From Amoebidium appalachense (taxonomy: Eukaryota; Protista; Ichthyosporea), in contig CAVNZM010000007.1 in assembly GCA_963693365.1 (NCBI GenBank), positions 9,607,962-9,671,961 on the forward strand: a stretch of DNA of 64,000 nucleotides, read 5' to 3'. This document shows, one piece after another, positions 55,516 to 64,000 of the stretch. Each line of letters starts with the position of its first letter. Position 1 is the first letter of the stretch. The notes below the pieces were generated by a model. It searched no databases, was not told the origin of the DNA, and was given only the letters and a program-made list of their open reading frames with translations. The translations under genes and the position numbers were made by a program.

Positions 55516-55699
55516 TGTCTGTTGGGTATAGCACCATACCTGGAAGTTGCACCAGGTGGTTGTATGCAGCAACACATTCAATGCGGACTTCATGTGGCCG
55601 TCAAGTATCTGTTAACATGTACATAATGTGTACGTACTGCCCCGAATAGATGTAGATGCCACTTTAAGACACACGCGTGTGCATGGTTCGGGTCAAGAA

Positions 55700-60680
<4,981 letters not shown>

Positions 60681-61069
60681 CTAAATGGATAGGAAAGCAG
60701 GAGTGTGAACACGAATAGTCGAGGTAGTCGACTGGTGGTATTTCCTCTAGGCTCGTGTGTACATCTGTGTGCTGGGTTCAACACTGCGGTGGAGGCACTT
60801 GTACTTCTTCGTGTACATGCACAAAAGAACATGTGTAAGTGTGCGGATGTGCGTGTTTGCGTAGCACGCGCAGACTGAGTGTGTGTCGGACTGTGTCGGA
60901 CTCGGTACCGGTGACAGTCGACGTCCGTCCGAGCGAGTCAGCGGGGGAATTTGGCAGGAGAAATTTTAACGGTCGCAAGATCGCCCAACTGTTAGCCCAA
61001 GTATCGCCCAAGAGTAAGAGATCGAGGGGAGGGATGGGGGCAGGGAGGGCGAGGGGAGGGGGGCTGGTT

Positions 61070-61371
61070 GTGATTTCTTTAGCTGTGAGACTTCGGGTGC
61101 TTTGCTGAAGCTCGTCGGGCCGCTTGCACCCACCGGCGTGGCTGGGGTGAATACCCTGGGTAAGTGTGTTCAAATAGTTATTAAAGGTGTGGTAGTTTAG
61201 CTATTAATAATACCGTAGCACCCTCAAGAGGTCACTCCGGGAACAAAACGGATAAATTTAAAAAGATAAAAATAAAAAATGTCGGGCTGCTTGCGCTACA
61301 AATAGCGATTATTAATATCGACATGTTCTGTTTTTGCCCCCCCCCCCCCCCCCCCCCCCTCCCCCTCCCCC

Positions 61372-61436
<65 letters not shown>

Positions 61437-61602
61437 GATAGGTGTCCCACTCCACACCAGAAAAAGGCCCCGAGGGGGGAAGGTGGTGGTGGTTGGGCCC
61501 AGAGGGGGGGGGGGATTTCTTAAGTGTGAGACTTCGGGTGTTGTGCTTATCGGGCCGCTAAACCTTGTGCTACGAAAACGCAATACCGATATGTTCTGTA
61601 TT

Positions 61603-61652
<50 letters not shown>

Positions 61653-61940
61653 AAAAAAAAAAAAGATGTGTGTCCCGCTCCACATCAGAATGCCGCGCCA
61701 GCGGGGACTGGGTGGAGGGTGGGAGGTGTGGGGGAGAAGCGCGAGGGAGGGGGGGGGGGGGGGGGGGGGGAGGGGGGGGAGGGATGATTTCTTTCGTTAA
61801 CTGTGAGACTACGGGTGTTGTGATTGTCGGGCCGTTTGCACTACGAATATCGATATGTTCTGTATAACCCCCCCCCACCTCCCCCCCCCCCCCCCAAAAA
61901 AAAAATGCAAAAGGATAGATGTCCCCACTCCACACCCGAA
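61070..61940 (+). repeat. Degenerate tandem repeat with ~250-300-bp units that each end in poly(C)
   Basis: Recurring anchors: GTGAGACT(T/A)CGGGTG (61085, 61526, 61803), CGA(C/T)ATGTTCTG followed by a C run (~61319, 61587, 61851) and GTCCC..CTCCACA (~61444, 61672, 61921). Confidence 0.65.
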
Positions 61941-62158
61941 ACTTTCCTTAGGGGGAGTTAACGTGGAAGGTGGGGAAAGGTGGGTGGGTGGGTGGGAAGG
62001 GGGGGGGGGGGGGGGGGGGGGGGGGGAAGGTGCTCGCATTACATGTGTATACACTGCTACCTATACACGTGCATACACACACACACACACACACACAGCC
62101 CACCCTCAGTGGCTCTCTCTCTCTCTCTCTCATATCTCTCTCAACTTGCTGGCATTAA

Positions 62159-62625
62159 GGTAGCTGGAACCATGGGATTGCGACGATCGATCTCCAGGTC
62201 AAACTCATATGGAAAACAGTGTTACATCGAGAGTAAAAAGGTACCAGGGATATGCGCTAGAGCTATAATTTTTGCAAAATAATTATGAAAAAAGTGTTTT
62301 CTTCAAACGCTCAGTACAGAAAAATTATAACTCAATGGGTTCAGCGTCAGCGACCAAAAAACGAAATGACCAAATCTGCTACGTTTTCCTACTATGTAAA
62401 ACGTACCAGATTTGGTGAAGTTGGTTCTTTTGTCGCTGAACCCATTGAGTTAAAAAATTTCTGTACTGAGCGTTTTTAGGAAAAAAACACTATTTTCATA
62501 ATTATCATGCAAAAATTATAGCTCTAGCGCATATCCCTGGTACCTTTTTACTCTCGATATAACCCTGTTTTTCATATGAGTCTGGCCCGGAGATTGATCG
62601 CCAAAATTGCATGGTTCCAACTACC
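62159..62625. mobile_element. 467-bp fold-back MITE with TTAA target duplication (Kolobok-like)
   Basis: The whole element is an imperfect palindrome (GGTAGCTGGAACCATG...CATGGTTCCAACTACC) with TTAA at 62155-62158 and 62626-62629. GG...CC termini fit Kolobok rather than piggyBac (CCY). Confidence 0.85.
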
Positions 62626-62898
62626 TTAATCGCATCATGGCATTACGCAAGCGCACACACACATGTGCACACACACACACGTACAGACACCCAAATGCAC
62701 CACGGGATGTTTTGCGAGCACACACACACAAACACAAACTTGCAAATTTACGCTAACGCAGAATGTAGCAGCGCCCAAACCCATACATAGACACAGGGGG
62801 GAGGACTCCGAGGGTTTCTTCCTTGATCATTGGCAACATCGTTGCGTGACTGTGCACCTGTGGAACTCAAAGACTTGGTTTCAATTGATAACTGGGCC

Positions 62899-62935
<37 letters not shown>

Positions 62936-63290
62936 TCCGGATGCTTTGAGGCCACCCAGGTTACATGTGGCGGGTGACACTTTAAAAATGCAGTATTTAT
63001 TCACACCATCCTTCATTAAGTACGCAAACAGATTTTAAGCTGGGGGGGGAAATCCATTCGAATAGTTCATGATTAGTTTACAGAGTTCATTAGAACACCA
63101 AATGTTAACACTATTTAACAACTTCATCAGCAGTCTGAACGCAAGCAGGTTTCATAGCAAACATTCAGTATCATTTTCAACAATTGTGTCATGTGCACAT
63201 ATATCAGCTATATAATTTTCAAGTAGCATACACATGTACATCTACTTCATTAATAATAACCCATATTTACCAACCCACACATATACCCCA

Positions 63291-63886
63291 TTATTTTCGT
63301 GGACCAGGTTTCTTGCCCTGTTGTGCCGCTGTTGCCAAGGACGGAAATTCCTCACGTTCACTACTCCCACTTCCCGCACCCGCACCTCTTCCTGCACCTC
63401 CACCCCTGCCCCCCACCCCCAGGTCTCTACTATGCACAGTCATTCCCCTCCCCCTCCCACTGGCACTGGCCCCGCCCCCCCGAATTCGATGCACCACCAC
63501 CCCTTGCCCCACCCCTTCCACCCACCACACCTGCCGATTGTACTCGTGTGACGGTAACGGTCTGTGCCGGCACACCCGTTGCCTGTTTAACTGCAACTGT
63601 GCTTGATGATGCTGCCCCATTTCCGTTCCCAGCCGGATGTACCTCTTGCACTGTGTGCCTGCGACCAACACTGCTGCTTGCTGCGTGCGTGGAACTATTC
63701 TTGTGTTTGTCTCCTTTCCGGTGTGTGGGCGGGCTGATGCCTCCCTCGTATGTGCGCTTCTCCCAGTCAGGTTTGTATGTTTCTGCTCCTTTCCCCTTCT
63801 CTTTGTCGTTAGTTTCAGACTTGTGTCGATCGTCGCCCTTGTTGGCATGCACACCTTTCCCTCCAACATGCGGCCGCTTAGGAATT
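63291..63886 (-). CDS. Terminal exon of a gene extending beyond the window; RGG-rich low-complexity C-terminus
   Basis: Acceptor TTCCTTAAACAG at 63887. The reading IPKRPHVGGKG...GGRGGARGGG continues, after an apparent frameshift in the C run near 63475, as GRGRG...GRGAGAGSGSSEREEFPSLATAAQQGKKPGPRK*. Confidence 0.5.
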
Positions 63887-64000
63887 CTGTTTAAGGAACA
63901 TAGAAGTTAAGTATCATACGGTGCATATATAACATGACTGCCGTTCTGTTAGGGTGCAGGTGGCCGAGGCCCTCTTGGATTCAATAAACCACCGTTCGCT

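Overview
Eukaryotic nuclear DNA with GT-AG introns packed with poly(C)/poly(G) runs and (CA)n/(CT)n microsatellites. Most ORF-track entries are artefacts of these repeats. The gene content suggests a non-model opisthokont, possibly a unicellular holozoan, but that is inference. Genes I could splice by hand: a divergent bHLH-PAS transcription factor (+, 2.4-11.2 kb); a secreted protein with Cys-rich repeats and six SdrD-B-like domains (-, 15.4-20.3 kb); a MEA1-like gene (+); an intronless cytosolic Hsp70 (+); a 10-exon cathepsin B-like gene (-), head-to-head with an intronless, gammaproteobacterial-looking rihA nucleoside hydrolase (+); a LYSMD1/2-like gene (+); and several hypothetical genes. 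Mobile DNA includes at least 7 copies of a 5'-truncated retroposon-like family that always ends in poly(C) and carries a covarying stem-loop, a 66-bp hAT-type MITE, a TIR element inserted in (TG)n, a TTAA-flanked fold-back MITE and a probable LINE 3' remnant. All exon boundaries and family assignments were made by eye; no searches were run.
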